A DNA stretch of 64,000 bases from positions 40,213 to 104,212 of the forward strand of contig JAWOHT010000200.1 of NCBI GenBank assembly GCA_046485045.1. Direction: 5' to 3'. Below, piece by piece: positions 38,098 to 48,167 of this stretch; the stretch's first letter is position 1; each line of letters opens with the position of its first letter. The notes under the pieces are model-generated. The model was not told the DNA's origin, searched no databases, and was given only the letters and a program-made list of their open reading frames with translations. Position numbers and translations under genes: made by a program. This DNA is from Bacteroidales bacterium (GTDB taxonomy: Bacteria; Bacteroidota; Bacteroidia; Bacteroidales; UBA10428).

Positions 38098-41000
38098 ATG
38101 AACAGATCATTATCCGGAAAACTACTAATTGTAAGCCTTACCCTTTACTATCTTAGTTCTCTTGTTTCGTTTAACCAAAGTTTTAAATTCAAAAGATTTG
38201 GTGTACAACAGGGAATATGCCATCCTTTTGTATACACAATCAACCAGGATAAAAACGGTTTTATATGGATAGGAACCGGTGAAGGTTTGTGCAGGTTCGA
38301 CGGATTTGATTTCAGCAGTGATGCGGTTCCGGAAAATGTTGATCGCGACGTAGCCAATATCAGTTTTAAAGACTCTAAAGGCAACCTTTGGTTTGGTTTT
38401 CAGAACGGGGCCATCGTTTCTTATAACGGTAAGAAATTTTCACCAGTTAAAACAATCGAGCCTGTAAAAGGCACCATCACCGGGTTTGCTGAAGATGCAG
38501 AGGGCAATGTACTGGCCTCTTCGATGACGGGGGGGATCATCATTATTAAAAACCTTCAGGAAACCAAAAGAATCAGCAGTGAATTAAAAAACAATTTGTT
38601 AACATCAATATACCTGAAAAATAACCTTTTACTTGTCGGCTCCCAGGAAGGTTTGAATATTTATTTATATAAACCCGGCGGTTTGGAATTTGAATTGCTG
38701 ACAGGCATTAAAGAACTTGAATATACCAAAATACAGGTTATCAAACCATCTTCTCCGGATGGAGCATATTGGGTGGGCACAGAAGATGACGGGCTGTTTC
38801 ATTTAAATATTGACAACAATGGATCATATACCATTAAGAAAACAGGGGAACAATTTAACCTTGGCACCCTTAATGTACAGTCGGTTTATGAGGACGAAGA
38901 AAATAATTTATGGGTAAGCACTTTGCGTTCGGGGGTATATAAATTTATCTACAGCCCGGCTGAAAACATTTTTTCAGATGTGATACACTTTACCAAAGAA
39001 AATGGCCTTACTGGCAATTCGATTAAAGAAGTGTTTGAAGACAGGGAAGGCAATATATGGATAGCAACATATGGCGATGGGCTGGCAATATTCCTGAGCG
39101 ATGCACTTACATTCTATAATTATCAGGAAAATGGTTTTGACAATAATATCACAGCAGTCTGTGCCCATGATAGCATTGTATGGCTTGGCAGTATGGGAGG
39201 CCTGCTAAAGATCAATATTGCCAAAGAAAATGAGCCTTTCAGATTCAACACAGCGCATGGGTTACCAAATGATCTTATCACAGCTTTGCACTACAGCAAT
39301 AACGGGACCTTATGGATTGGCACCGAAAAGAACGGTCTTTACAGGATGAATATAGCATCCGGTAAAATTTCAAAATTCAACTATCAGGCCAATTCGATTG
39401 GGCTTTCTGTAAAATCAATTATTGGTGAAGGCAATTCGTTATATGCCGCCACAAAAGAGGGAATATTCTATTTTAACCTTGAAAACAATGAAAGGCTGCA
39501 TTACAGCACAAACAACGGCCTGCCTCATAATGTTATCGAACATATTTTTCTTGACAACGAGAACAACCTGTTATTTGCAACCCAGGCAAACGGCATATAC
39601 GCCATTGATGCATTCGGTGAAATACAGGAACGGTTTATTACCGGTGATTATGAACTCGATTTTAATTCCATTGCACAAGACAAGAATGGCAATATCTGGG
39701 CTTCTACCTATGGTTTTGGAGTTTATTTTTTCGGTAAAGACACCATCATTAATATTACAGCAGAAAATGGTCTGAGGTCTGATTTTTGTTACAGCATCAT
39801 TGCTTCTGATGAAGGAAATATATGGGTAGGACACAGGCTGGGTATTACTAAAATTAACATCAGCAATTTTTCATTGTACGTCTACGATGTTGAAAAAGGG
39901 ATAACCGGGGATTGTAACTACAACAGTATAAGTAAGGTCAAAAACGGTAAACTCTATTTTGGAACTACCGAGGGGCTTATATGTTATAACCCTTCGAAAG
40001 ACAAGAGCGCTTTAATACAGCCTAACACAAACATCTTAAGGATATTTGTCAACGACCAGCCCATTGATTTAACGGGCGACATATTGCTTCCTTACTCAAA
40101 ATATAAGATCAGGATTGAATTTGCCGGCCTCTACTACCGCGACCCTGAAAGGGTGTTGTATCGCTATAAATTAGATGGGTTTGATCCCGGCTGGTCAGAT
40201 GTATCTGATCAGAATTACGTTGTATATCCGCGTATTACAGATGGTAAATATACTTTTTACCTAAAGTCGTTTATTGAAAATGAAACAGAAATAAGCACAC
40301 CTGTAAGTTTTAAATTGCGGGTTAAATTGCCTTTTTATAAAACATGGTGGTTCATATTATTATCGCTTCTGTTGATTGTTATCGTTATCATTTTGATCAT
40401 TAAGTTCAGGGAGAGAAAACAAAAACAACTTCAGGAATACCTTGAAAAAAGCCTTGCAGAAAGAACCAAGGAGGTTGTTGAACAGAAAGAGGAGATTGAA
40501 ATTAAAAACAGGGACATCACTGATAGTATTAATTATGCACAACGCATACAGGCGAGCATTTTGCCCCCGATAAAGCGTTTGCAGCAGAATTTTGCAGGTG
40601 CATTTGTTTTTTATCAGCCACGCGATATCGTAAGCGGTGATTTTTACTGGTACGATAAAATTTCTGATTCCAAGTTCATCATTGTGTGTGCAGATTCTAC
40701 AGGGCACGGGGTTCCCGGGGCTTTCATGTCTATGATAGGCACTACCCTTATCAAGGATATCTGTTTTAGGGAAGCTACCAGGTCTCCTTCTGAAATACTC
40801 AGAAGCCTTGACCAGGAGCTTAGAAATACCCTCAACCAGAACCTCGAAGCCGAAAAAGCAAATGACGGTATGGATATTATCGTTTGTGAAATTGACCTCA
40901 AATCTTTTTATATACGTTATGCTTCTGCCATGCGCCCGATGATTGTTTACAAAAACGGGGAAGAGATTTATGTGAAAGGCAGCAGAAATTCGGTCGGCGG

Positions 41001-41271
41001 ACATTACGACAAATCGGAGAAAGATTTTCAGGATGCGGGAATACAATTAAGCCACGGCGACCTTATCTATATGTTTTCAGATGGTTATCCCGACCAGTTT
41101 GGAGGACCTATGGGCAAAAAGTTTAAAATGGTGAGGTTAAAAGGCCTGCTTGAGGATATTAACAAGAAATCGATGGAAGAACAGTACAACCATGTTAAAA
41201 ATTCCTTCAACCTTTGGAAAGATGCCTTTCCGCAGGTTGACGATGTATTGTTCATGGGTATTAAGCTATAG
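38098..41271 (+). CDS. Transmembrane sensor phosphatase: periplasmic two-component-regulator propeller repeats + Y_Y_Y domain, TM helix, coiled coil, PP2C/SpoIIE phosphatase
   Basis: At least 10 Reg_prop-type blades are present, including FIWIGTGEGLCRFDG, NLWVSTLRSGVYKF, NIWIATYGDGLAIF and TLWIGTEKNGLYRMN. The Y_Y_Y region is YRYKLDGFDPGWSDV...GKYTFYLKS and the TM helix is WWFILLSLLLIVIVIILII. The SpoIIE region is SGDFYWYD...VCADSTGHGVPGAFMSMIG...GDLIYMFSDGYPDQFGG. Confidence 0.85.
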   Translation: MNRSLSGKLLIVSLTLYYLSSLVSFNQSFKFKRFGVQQGICHPFVYTINQDKNGFIWIGTGEGLCRFDGFDFSSDAVPENVDRDVANISFKDSKGNLWFGFQNGAIVSYNGKKFSPVKTIEPVKGTITGFAEDAEGNVLASSMTGGIIIIKNLQETKRISSELKNNLLTSIYLKNNLLLVGSQEGLNIYLYKPGGLEFELLTGIKELEYTKIQVIKPSSPDGAYWVGTEDDGLFHLNIDNNGSYTIKKTGEQFNLGTLNVQSVYEDEENNLWVSTLRSGVYKFIYSPAENIFSDVIHFTKENGLTGNSIKEVFEDREGNIWIATYGDGLAIFLSDALTFYNYQENGFDNNITAVCAHDSIVWLGSMGGLLKINIAKENEPFRFNTAHGLPNDLITALHYSNNGTLWIGTEKNGLYRMNIASGKISKFNYQANSIGLSVKSIIGEGNSLYAATKEGIFYFNLENNERLHYSTNNGLPHNVIEHIFLDNENNLLFATQANGIYAIDAFGEIQERFITGDYELDFNSIAQDKNGNIWASTYGFGVYFFGKDTIINITAENGLRSDFCYSIIASDEGNIWVGHRLGITKINISNFSLYVYDVEKGITGDCNYNSISKVKNGKLYFGTTEGLICYNPSKDKSALIQPNTNILRIFVNDQPIDLTGDILLPYSKYKIRIEFAGLYYRDPERVLYRYKLDGFDPGWSDVSDQNYVVYPRITDGKYTFYLKSFIENETEISTPVSFKLRVKLPFYKTWWFILLSLLLIVIVIILIIKFRERKQKQLQEYLEKSLAERTKEVVEQKEEIEIKNRDITDSINYAQRIQASILPPIKRLQQNFAGAFVFYQPRDIVSGDFYWYDKISDSKFIIVCADSTGHGVPGAFMSMIGTTLIKDICFREATRSPSEILRSLDQELRNTLNQNLEAEKANDGMDIIVCEIDLKSFYIRYASAMRPMIVYKNGEEIYVKGSRNSVGGHYDKSEKDFQDAGIQLSHGDLIYMFSDGYPDQFGGPMGKKFKMVRLKGLLEDINKKSMEEQYNHVKNSFNLWKDAFPQVDDVLFMGIKL

Positions 41272-41334
41272 GAGAGGTTTCAGAAACAGAACCGGGTAAC
41301 TGAAAAAATAAAAGAATTATTTTTTGCAGGGGCT

Positions 41335-42204
41335 TTATTTATAAGCGCTCATTTTCAGAACAGAGATTTCCCTGTCTGACAGAAACCTCCATTTACCTCT
41401 TGCAATCCCTTTTTTCGTAAGCCCTGCAAAATAAACCCGGTCAAGTTTCAATACCTTATAGTCAAGCAGTTCAAAAATGCGCCTTACAATACGGTTTCTG
41501 CCGGAATGTATTTCAATGCCTATCTGCCTTTTATCTTCAGGATCAACATAATGTATCGCATCGGCCTTTATGAAGCCATCGTCTAATGTAATACCCGTGG
41601 CGATTTTTTCAATATCTGAACTTTTTACGTTTTTATTCAGGGTTACCTGGTATATTTTCATCTTGTTGAATTTCGGGTGCGTGAGTTTTTTGGTCAGGTC
41701 ACCGTCATTGGTCAGTAATAATACCCCGGTGGTGCTGCGGTCAAGCCGCCCGACAGGGTAAATCCTTTCCCTGCATGCATTTTTTACAAGGTCTAGTACA
41801 GTTTTGGTTGCATGAGGGTCTTCAACAGTAGTAACATAATCTTTCGGTTTGTTCAAAAGGATATATACCTTTTTTTCTTCTCTTATCTTCTCGCCATTGT
41901 ATTTCACAAGATCGCCGGGAGTGACCTTAGAGCCAAGTTCACTCACAATAATACCGTTTACGGTTATTAAGCCGGCACTAATAAGATCGTCGGCCTGGCG
42001 CCTTGAACATACCCCGGTACTTGCGATATACCGGTTCAGCCTTATCTGGTTGTCAACCCCTGCCAGACGATGCCTGGTCTTAGGCTGGCTTTTTACCAGT
42101 GCTTTTCGCTTGGAAGGTTTCAAAATGCCTTCGGCCACATTTTTAAGACCTCTTTTTTTTGAATCGGTAGAAATCCGTTTTCGTTGACCCCTGAGTGTAC
42201 TCAT
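41335..42204 (-). CDS. rluB: RluB/RsuA-family pseudouridine synthase with S4 domain
   Basis: 289-aa ORF with a basic N-terminal extension. The S4 region is RLNRYIASTGVCSRRQADDLI and the catalytic motif is PVGRLDRSTTGVLLLTNDG. Confidence 0.85.
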   Translation of the reverse strand: MSTLRGQRKRISTDSKKRGLKNVAEGILKPSKRKALVKSQPKTRHRLAGVDNQIRLNRYIASTGVCSRRQADDLISAGLITVNGIIVSELGSKVTPGDLVKYNGEKIREEKKVYILLNKPKDYVTTVEDPHATKTVLDLVKNACRERIYPVGRLDRSTTGVLLLTNDGDLTKKLTHPKFNKMKIYQVTLNKNVKSSDIEKIATGITLDDGFIKADAIHYVDPEDKRQIGIEIHSGRNRIVRRIFELLDYKVLKLDRVYFAGLTKKGIARGKWRFLSDREISVLKMSAYK

Positions 42205-42337
42205 AATTAATTTTTATTATTTTCAGTTAAATCAGAAATGATAAGGGAAGGAATATTTTTTTCACTATTTTTAATCCATAAAATTATGAAAATTACAAAC
42301 AGAAATCAATTAAGAATAGTAAAAAGCAGGAATAATA

Positions 42338-43723
42338 ATGACATTAATCAAATCAATTTCGGGCATAAGGGGCACAGTTGGCGGTGTAACGGGTGAAAAC
42401 CTTACTCCACTTGATGTCGTTAAATTTGTATCAGCATATGGCCAATGGGTAAAAAATAAAACGGGCGTTGCAAAACCGGTTGTAGCAGTTGGCAGAGATG
42501 CCCGGATTAGTGGTGAAATGTTCGATATGATTGTATCGGCTACCTTAGCCGGCATGGGCATAGATGTGATTAATCTCGGACTTGCCACCACTCCTACTGT
42601 AGAAATTGCAGTTACCGAAACCCGTTCGCACGGTGGTATTATTCTTACAGCAAGCCATAACCCCCGGCAATGGAATGCGCTGAAACTGCTCAATGAATCG
42701 GGTGAATTTCTTTCTGCCGCCGATGGTGAAACTATTCTTGATCTGGCAGAAAAAGAAAACTTTATATATGCCGATATAAACTCGCTTGGGAAAATCAACT
42801 ACCCTGGGAGTTTTGACGAATTACACATAAATAAAATACTGGAACTACCGCTGGTAGATAAAAATGCCATTGCCGCTGCCGGATTCAGAATTGCCATAGA
42901 TTGTGTTAACTCTGTCGGAGGTTTAATTATTCCTAAATTGCTTCACGCGCTTGGCGTAAAAGAGGTAATAGAATTATACTGCGATGCCAACGGAGAGTTC
43001 CCTCATAATCCCGAACCCCTGCCAGAGCATCTTGGCGATATATCCGAAGCGATTGTTAAAAACGGGGCAGACCTTGGTTTTGTCGTAGACCCTGATGTTG
43101 ACCGGTTGGCCATCGTAAACGAAGACGGTACAATGTTTGGTGAAGAATACACCCTTGTATCGGTTGCAGATTATATATTGCAGCATACACCAGGAAATAC
43201 CGTGTCAAACCTCTCTTCTACCAAAGCACTCAAAGAGATTACAGAAAGTTATAAAAGAAGCTATGCAGCAGCAGCGGTGGGCGAAGTAAATGTGGTTACA
43301 AGGATGAAAGAAACCGGTGCTGTAATTGGCGGTGAAGGCAACGGTGGCGTGATTTACCCCGAATTGCACTATGGCCGGGACGCCCTGGTGGGCATTGCAC
43401 TTTTTCTTACCCATCTTGCCAAAAGCGGTTTGAGTTGCAGTAAACTAAGGGCAAAATACCCCCGTTACGTGATCTCTAAAAATAAAACCGAACTTAAACC
43501 TCAAACCAATGTAGACAATATCCTTGAATCGGTAAAGAAAAAATTCGCACCTAATCCCATTAATACCGAAGACGGGGTGAAAATTGAATTTCCGGAGGGA
43601 TGGGTACACCTCAGGAAGTCAAATACAGAACCCATTATCAGAATATATTCTGAAGGTGACAATGAAATAGCAGCCGGTAAGCTTGCCGACAAAATAATTT
43701 CAGCAATTCACAGTTTAATATAA
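42338..43723 (+). CDS. glmM: Phosphoglucosamine mutase (alpha-D-phosphohexomutase family)
   Basis: 461-aa ORF with the active-site Ser loop ILTASHNP and the metal loop FVVDPDVDRLAIV. The domain order is typical of Bacteroidetes GlmM. Sugar specificity cannot be proven from sequence alone. Confidence 0.8.
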   Translation: MTLIKSISGIRGTVGGVTGENLTPLDVVKFVSAYGQWVKNKTGVAKPVVAVGRDARISGEMFDMIVSATLAGMGIDVINLGLATTPTVEIAVTETRSHGGIILTASHNPRQWNALKLLNESGEFLSAADGETILDLAEKENFIYADINSLGKINYPGSFDELHINKILELPLVDKNAIAAAGFRIAIDCVNSVGGLIIPKLLHALGVKEVIELYCDANGEFPHNPEPLPEHLGDISEAIVKNGADLGFVVDPDVDRLAIVNEDGTMFGEEYTLVSVADYILQHTPGNTVSNLSSTKALKEITESYKRSYAAAAVGEVNVVTRMKETGAVIGGEGNGGVIYPELHYGRDALVGIALFLTHLAKSGLSCSKLRAKYPRYVISKNKTELKPQTNVDNILESVKKKFAPNPINTEDGVKIEFPEGWVHLRKSNTEPIIRIYSEGDNEIAAGKLADKIISAIHSLI

Positions 43724-43770
43724 AAGTCATTTTTAAACCGAATTTTCTTTAACAGGCAATAGATAAAGAG

Positions 43771-45147
43771 ATGAAAAAAAAACAAATTGTATTTCTTACC
43801 ATTTTCGCAGCAGTTATTCTACTCATTATATTATTAGCAAGAATCGGGAGAACCGATGTTGTTGATATTGAAACAGAAGCAAAAAAGGGTGAATTTGAAG
43901 TAAACGTTACTGTTACCGGCGAACTACAGGCCAGGAACTCTGTAAAAATTGAAGCTCCCTATCAGATATTGCGCGAAGTGCAATTATGGGAGATTTCCAT
44001 TGGCGAACTTGTTCCCGAGGGAACCGTAATTGACTCGGGTGATTTTGTTGCCAGGTTGAATGCTTCGGAAATAGAAAACCGTTTAAGAGATATCGAAGCT
44101 GAAATTGACAATAGCCTTGCAGAAATAGAAAAAACAAAAATTGACAGCACGCTTGAGCTGCGCTCACAACGCGATAATATTATCAACCTGAAGTATTCGG
44201 TACAGGAAGCGGAAATTACACTCGAACAGTCTAAATTTGAGTCTCCCTCGGTAATTAGGAAAGCACAGATTGATCTTGACAGGATTCAACGTGAATATGA
44301 TCAAACACTCGGTAATTATAAGCTTAAGGTACAACAGTCGGAAGTTAATATAAAGCAGAAATCATTTTTACTTAACAAAAAGCTGCGTCAAAAAGAAAAA
44401 ATTTATGAAGCCATGCGGAGCCTGATAATAAGGGCTCCTGCTTCGGGCATGGTAATATACCGTAAAGAGCGCGATGGCGGCAAGGTTGTTACCGGCAGCA
44501 ATATTCAGATATGGAGAAATCCGGTGGTGGCAACACTCCCTGATTTATCGTCATTCAATTCTATTACATTTGTTAATGAAATTGATATCAGCAAAGTCAA
44601 ACCCGGCCAGCAGGTGAAAATTGGCGTTGATGCATTCCCTGACAAAAGATTCACCGGAATTGTAAAAACCGTGGCCAATATTGGCGAACAATTGCAGAAT
44701 GCCGATGCCAAACTCTTTGAAGTCATCATCAGCATGAATGAAACCGACCCGGTATTAAGACCTTCTATGACCTCCAGTAACCAGATTACCACCAATATCA
44801 TCAAAGACGCTGTTTATGTGCCCCTTGAGGCGGTATTTACAACAGACAGCCTGACATTTGTTTACAAAAAGAACAAAACCAGGCAGCTTGTTTTATTGGG
44901 TGAAACCAACGAAAACCATGTGATAGTGAAAGAAGGACTTAATGAAGGAGAAAAATTGCTATTATCGGTTCCTGAAAAGGCAGAAGATTATAAGCTTACT
45001 GGCACCGAGCTGATTCCAAAAATAAAAGCCCAACTTATCGATAAACAAAAAAACAACATTGCTCCATCTCCCGGTCGTGAAAAAAAAGAAAAGAGAGAAG
45101 GCAACAAACCGGATAATGGGAAAAACCAAAGCAATAAAAACCGGTGA
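43771..45147 (+). CDS. Efflux periplasmic adaptor (HlyD/MacA-type membrane fusion protein)
   Basis: 458-aa ORF with an N-terminal TM anchor, a long coiled-coil hairpin region and beta-barrel domain strings (ASGMVIY, VKIGVDAFPDKRFTGIV). It has a Lys/Asn-rich tail. Confidence 0.8.
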   Translation: MKKKQIVFLTIFAAVILLIILLARIGRTDVVDIETEAKKGEFEVNVTVTGELQARNSVKIEAPYQILREVQLWEISIGELVPEGTVIDSGDFVARLNASEIENRLRDIEAEIDNSLAEIEKTKIDSTLELRSQRDNIINLKYSVQEAEITLEQSKFESPSVIRKAQIDLDRIQREYDQTLGNYKLKVQQSEVNIKQKSFLLNKKLRQKEKIYEAMRSLIIRAPASGMVIYRKERDGGKVVTGSNIQIWRNPVVATLPDLSSFNSITFVNEIDISKVKPGQQVKIGVDAFPDKRFTGIVKTVANIGEQLQNADAKLFEVIISMNETDPVLRPSMTSSNQITTNIIKDAVYVPLEAVFTTDSLTFVYKKNKTRQLVLLGETNENHVIVKEGLNEGEKLLLSVPEKAEDYKLTGTELIPKIKAQLIDKQKNNIAPSPGREKKEKREGNKPDNGKNQSNKNR

Positions 45148-45186
45148 TGCCTGACTATAACGAAAAATAAAATCAACGATTCAGAG

Positions 45187-46533
45187 ATGAAAAGATACCT
45201 CCACGACTTTAATATTGCAGTTGATTCGCTTCTTGACAACAAGCTTAAATCTATTCTTACAGCGCTGGGAATTATTTTTGGAGTAGCAGCTGTTATAAGT
45301 ATGCTGGCAATAGGCCGTGGCGCCAAAGAAGAAATTCTTGAGCAGATAAAACTTGTAGGTGTCAATAATATTGTCATTTCACCGATAGTAAAGGCTGTTG
45401 ATAATCAGGAAGGGATAAAAAGCAACAGCAATGAACTTGAAAAAAATAAGTATTCACCCGGTTTAACCATGTCTGATGTAAAATCTATTCAGGAGTTACT
45501 GCCCTCAGTGAAAAGTATCAGCCCCGAAATAGCCATGAATTCGTTTGTTGTGCAACACGGGGTAAGAGAATCTGCAAAGATTATCGGGGTCTCGAAAATG
45601 TATTTTGAAATATACAACCTAAAACTCGCGAGTGGTGAAATATTTAACGAATATCAGGAAGAAAACGGGCTGCCGGTATGTATCATCGGCGATAATATCC
45701 GTGCTAAGTTTTTCAGCAAGATAGACCCCCTCAATCAATATATAAAGTTTGGCCCTGTCTGGCTCAAGGTGGTAGGGGTAATAGAAAAAAGCAACATCAG
45801 TCTTACCGGGTTCGAGAATGCAGGGGTGAATGTCTTCAATGACAATATTTACATTCCGGTGAAGACCATGCTGCTGCGTTTCCAGAATAGGGCGCTTTAC
45901 AATTCGGGCAAACTACAGATGGGCGAAACCCTCGACAGACAAGGAAGAAGCGTAAATCCATCTGAAAACATTCAATCCAATTATCACCAGCTCGACAATA
46001 TTATAGTGCAGGTACACAGCTCTGAAGTTATGGCGCCTACGGCAGAGATTTTAAGCCGAATGTTGTTTCGGAAGCACTATGAGGTGAAAGACTATGAAAT
46101 AAGGCTGCCTGAACTTGAACTCAAACAAGAGCAGCGTACCAAGGATATCTTCAATATCGTGCTTGGCGCTATTGCCGGTATTGCACTTATTGTGGGAGGT
46201 ATAGGCATTATGAACATTATGTTTGCCTCAGTAATGGAGCGAATCAAAGAGATAGGAACAAGACTGGCCATAGGTGCCAAAAAATCCGACATCGTGGTAC
46301 AGTTCCTGTCAGAGGCTGTGCTGATAAGTATTACCGGGGGGGTCATCGGGGTTGTTCTGGGAATTGTGCTGGCCAAGACTATCCAGGAGATATTTGATAT
46401 TCTTACCATTGTTACACCAGTTTCGGTATTTATTGCATTTGGTGTGTCTGCTACCATCGGAATTATTTTTGGCTATGCTCCGGCCAAACGCGCTTCAGAA
46501 AAAGACCCTATCGAATCTTTGCGATATGAATAA
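45187..46533 (+). CDS. MacB/FtsX-type ABC transporter permease (no fused ATPase)
   Basis: 448-aa ORF. The N-terminus is NKLKSILTALGIIFGVAAVISMLAIG, followed by a large periplasmic domain. The C-terminal FtsX domain is GIGIMNIMFASVMERIKEIGTRLAIGAKKSDI. No Walker motifs are present. Confidence 0.85.
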   Translation: MKRYLHDFNIAVDSLLDNKLKSILTALGIIFGVAAVISMLAIGRGAKEEILEQIKLVGVNNIVISPIVKAVDNQEGIKSNSNELEKNKYSPGLTMSDVKSIQELLPSVKSISPEIAMNSFVVQHGVRESAKIIGVSKMYFEIYNLKLASGEIFNEYQEENGLPVCIIGDNIRAKFFSKIDPLNQYIKFGPVWLKVVGVIEKSNISLTGFENAGVNVFNDNIYIPVKTMLLRFQNRALYNSGKLQMGETLDRQGRSVNPSENIQSNYHQLDNIIVQVHSSEVMAPTAEILSRMLFRKHYEVKDYEIRLPELELKQEQRTKDIFNIVLGAIAGIALIVGGIGIMNIMFASVMERIKEIGTRLAIGAKKSDIVVQFLSEAVLISITGGVIGVVLGIVLAKTIQEIFDILTIVTPVSVFIAFGVSATIGIIFGYAPAKRASEKDPIESLRYE

Positions 46534-46570
46534 AGCTGTTTTAGTGTTTGTTTAATTCAATAATTTTGCC

Positions 46571-48058
46571 ATGAGATTTATTACAACCATATTATTTTCC
46601 TTATTGTTCTGTTTAAATACATTAAATGCCCAGAAAACATCAAAGGAGTTAACACTCGACGAGGTAATTCAAATAGCCAAAGAACAGTCATTACAGGCAA
46701 TTATGGCCAAACACCGGTTCAGGGGCAGCTACTGGGAATACCGCTCATACAAGGCAAAATATTTGCCCATGCTTACCCTTAATTCTACAATCTTCAATTT
46801 CGACAGGTCAATCAGGCAAAGCTATGCATATGAACAGGGTGAGTGGAGAGAAAGAATTGGCGAGAGCAAATCGCTGAATTCATCGGGCAGGTTAAACCTT
46901 CGCCAAAATATCGGACTCACTGGAGGGAATATATTCATGAGTTCGGGTTTGAACAGAAACGATTTGCTACAAGGCGATTCAGCGATACGTTATATCTCAA
47001 ACCCGATTAGCATCGGCTTTACGCAACCTATAAACGGATATAATGAATTGCGCTGGGAAAAGCGCATAGAGCCCAAAAAGTACGAAGAAGCAAAAAAACA
47101 GTACATTGATGCAATGGAAGCCGTATCGGTGAGAGCTGTCAACTTTTTCTTTGATCTGGCCCTGGCACAGATGAACCTTGAAATTTCAAATATTAATTTC
47201 GAAAATACCGACACGCTATATAAGATTGCCCGTGGAAGGTACAACATGGGCACCATTGCCGAAAACGAGCTGCTTCAGCTTGAACTAAGCCATCTTAATG
47301 CCGGTGCAAACTACAACAATGCATCTATAGACCTTGAGGTTAAAAAATTTCAGCTGCGTTCTTACCTTGGTTTCAACGAAAGCGTAAACCTTCAGTTGAT
47401 TATACCTATGGTCATCCCCGAAATGGAAATAGATGTAACACATGCACTCGAAGAAGCCAGAAAAAACAATCCCGAAATCATTGCGCTCGATATTCAGATG
47501 CTTGAAGCTCAGCGTGAAGTTGCACAAGCCCGTTCTCAAAGAGGACTAAATGCCACGCTTTATACTTCGTTTGGATTAACCAAAGAAGCACCCAATATTC
47601 CCGGTGCATATATCGATCCGCAAGATCAGCAGCAGGTTGAAGTTGGCATACAGGTACCAATTATTGACTGGGGACTTGGCCGCGGAAGGTACAAGATGGC
47701 AAAATCGAATGAAGAGGTGGTAATGACTTCGGTGCAGCAGGAAAAAATTGATTTTGAGCAGAATGTTTTACTCAGCGCCATGCAGTTCAACCTGCAGGAC
47801 GACCAGCTGGTGATTGCAGCCAAAGCCGATACCGTGGCAGCTTATCGCTACGAAGTATCAAAAAACAGGTTTCTCATAGGTAAAATAGACGTGCTTGACC
47901 TAAATGTGGCGCTCGAAGAGAAAGATGTGGCAAGACGCAGCTACATCGCCGCCATGCGAAATTTCTGGAGTTATTATTACAACATGCGCAGGCTTACGCT
48001 TTTTGATTACATCAATAACACACCGCTTGAAACTTCTTTTGAGAACCTTTTTGAATAG
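46571..48058 (+). CDS. TolC-family outer-membrane efflux protein
   Basis: 495-aa ORF with a signal peptide (TLNAQ). It has a two-fold repeated helix/strand pattern typical of OEP/TolC proteins and follows the adaptor and permease. Confidence 0.8.
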   Translation: MRFITTILFSLLFCLNTLNAQKTSKELTLDEVIQIAKEQSLQAIMAKHRFRGSYWEYRSYKAKYLPMLTLNSTIFNFDRSIRQSYAYEQGEWRERIGESKSLNSSGRLNLRQNIGLTGGNIFMSSGLNRNDLLQGDSAIRYISNPISIGFTQPINGYNELRWEKRIEPKKYEEAKKQYIDAMEAVSVRAVNFFFDLALAQMNLEISNINFENTDTLYKIARGRYNMGTIAENELLQLELSHLNAGANYNNASIDLEVKKFQLRSYLGFNESVNLQLIIPMVIPEMEIDVTHALEEARKNNPEIIALDIQMLEAQREVAQARSQRGLNATLYTSFGLTKEAPNIPGAYIDPQDQQQVEVGIQVPIIDWGLGRGRYKMAKSNEEVVMTSVQQEKIDFEQNVLLSAMQFNLQDDQLVIAAKADTVAAYRYEVSKNRFLIGKIDVLDLNVALEEKDVARRSYIAAMRNFWSYYYNMRRLTLFDYINNTPLETSFENLFE

Positions 48059-48167
48059 GAATTATCAAAAAAAAGGCATGCGGGTCTTGAAAATCAAGAG
48101 TTTACTAAAGAAAGTGCCTCACTTGAAAGACGAGCATAACGCAGTAATTGGCGTTTTCTCAGAGCCA

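Noticed and set aside
40360-41046. A 228-aa minus-strand ORF.
   Set aside because: It is fully antisense to the well-supported PP2C domain coding region. Its low-complexity composition is typical of a shadow ORF.
42310-42798. A 162-aa minus-strand ORF.
   Set aside because: It is antisense to the 5' part of glmM, including the TASHNP active-site region. The Ser/Pro-rich shadow translation has no motif.
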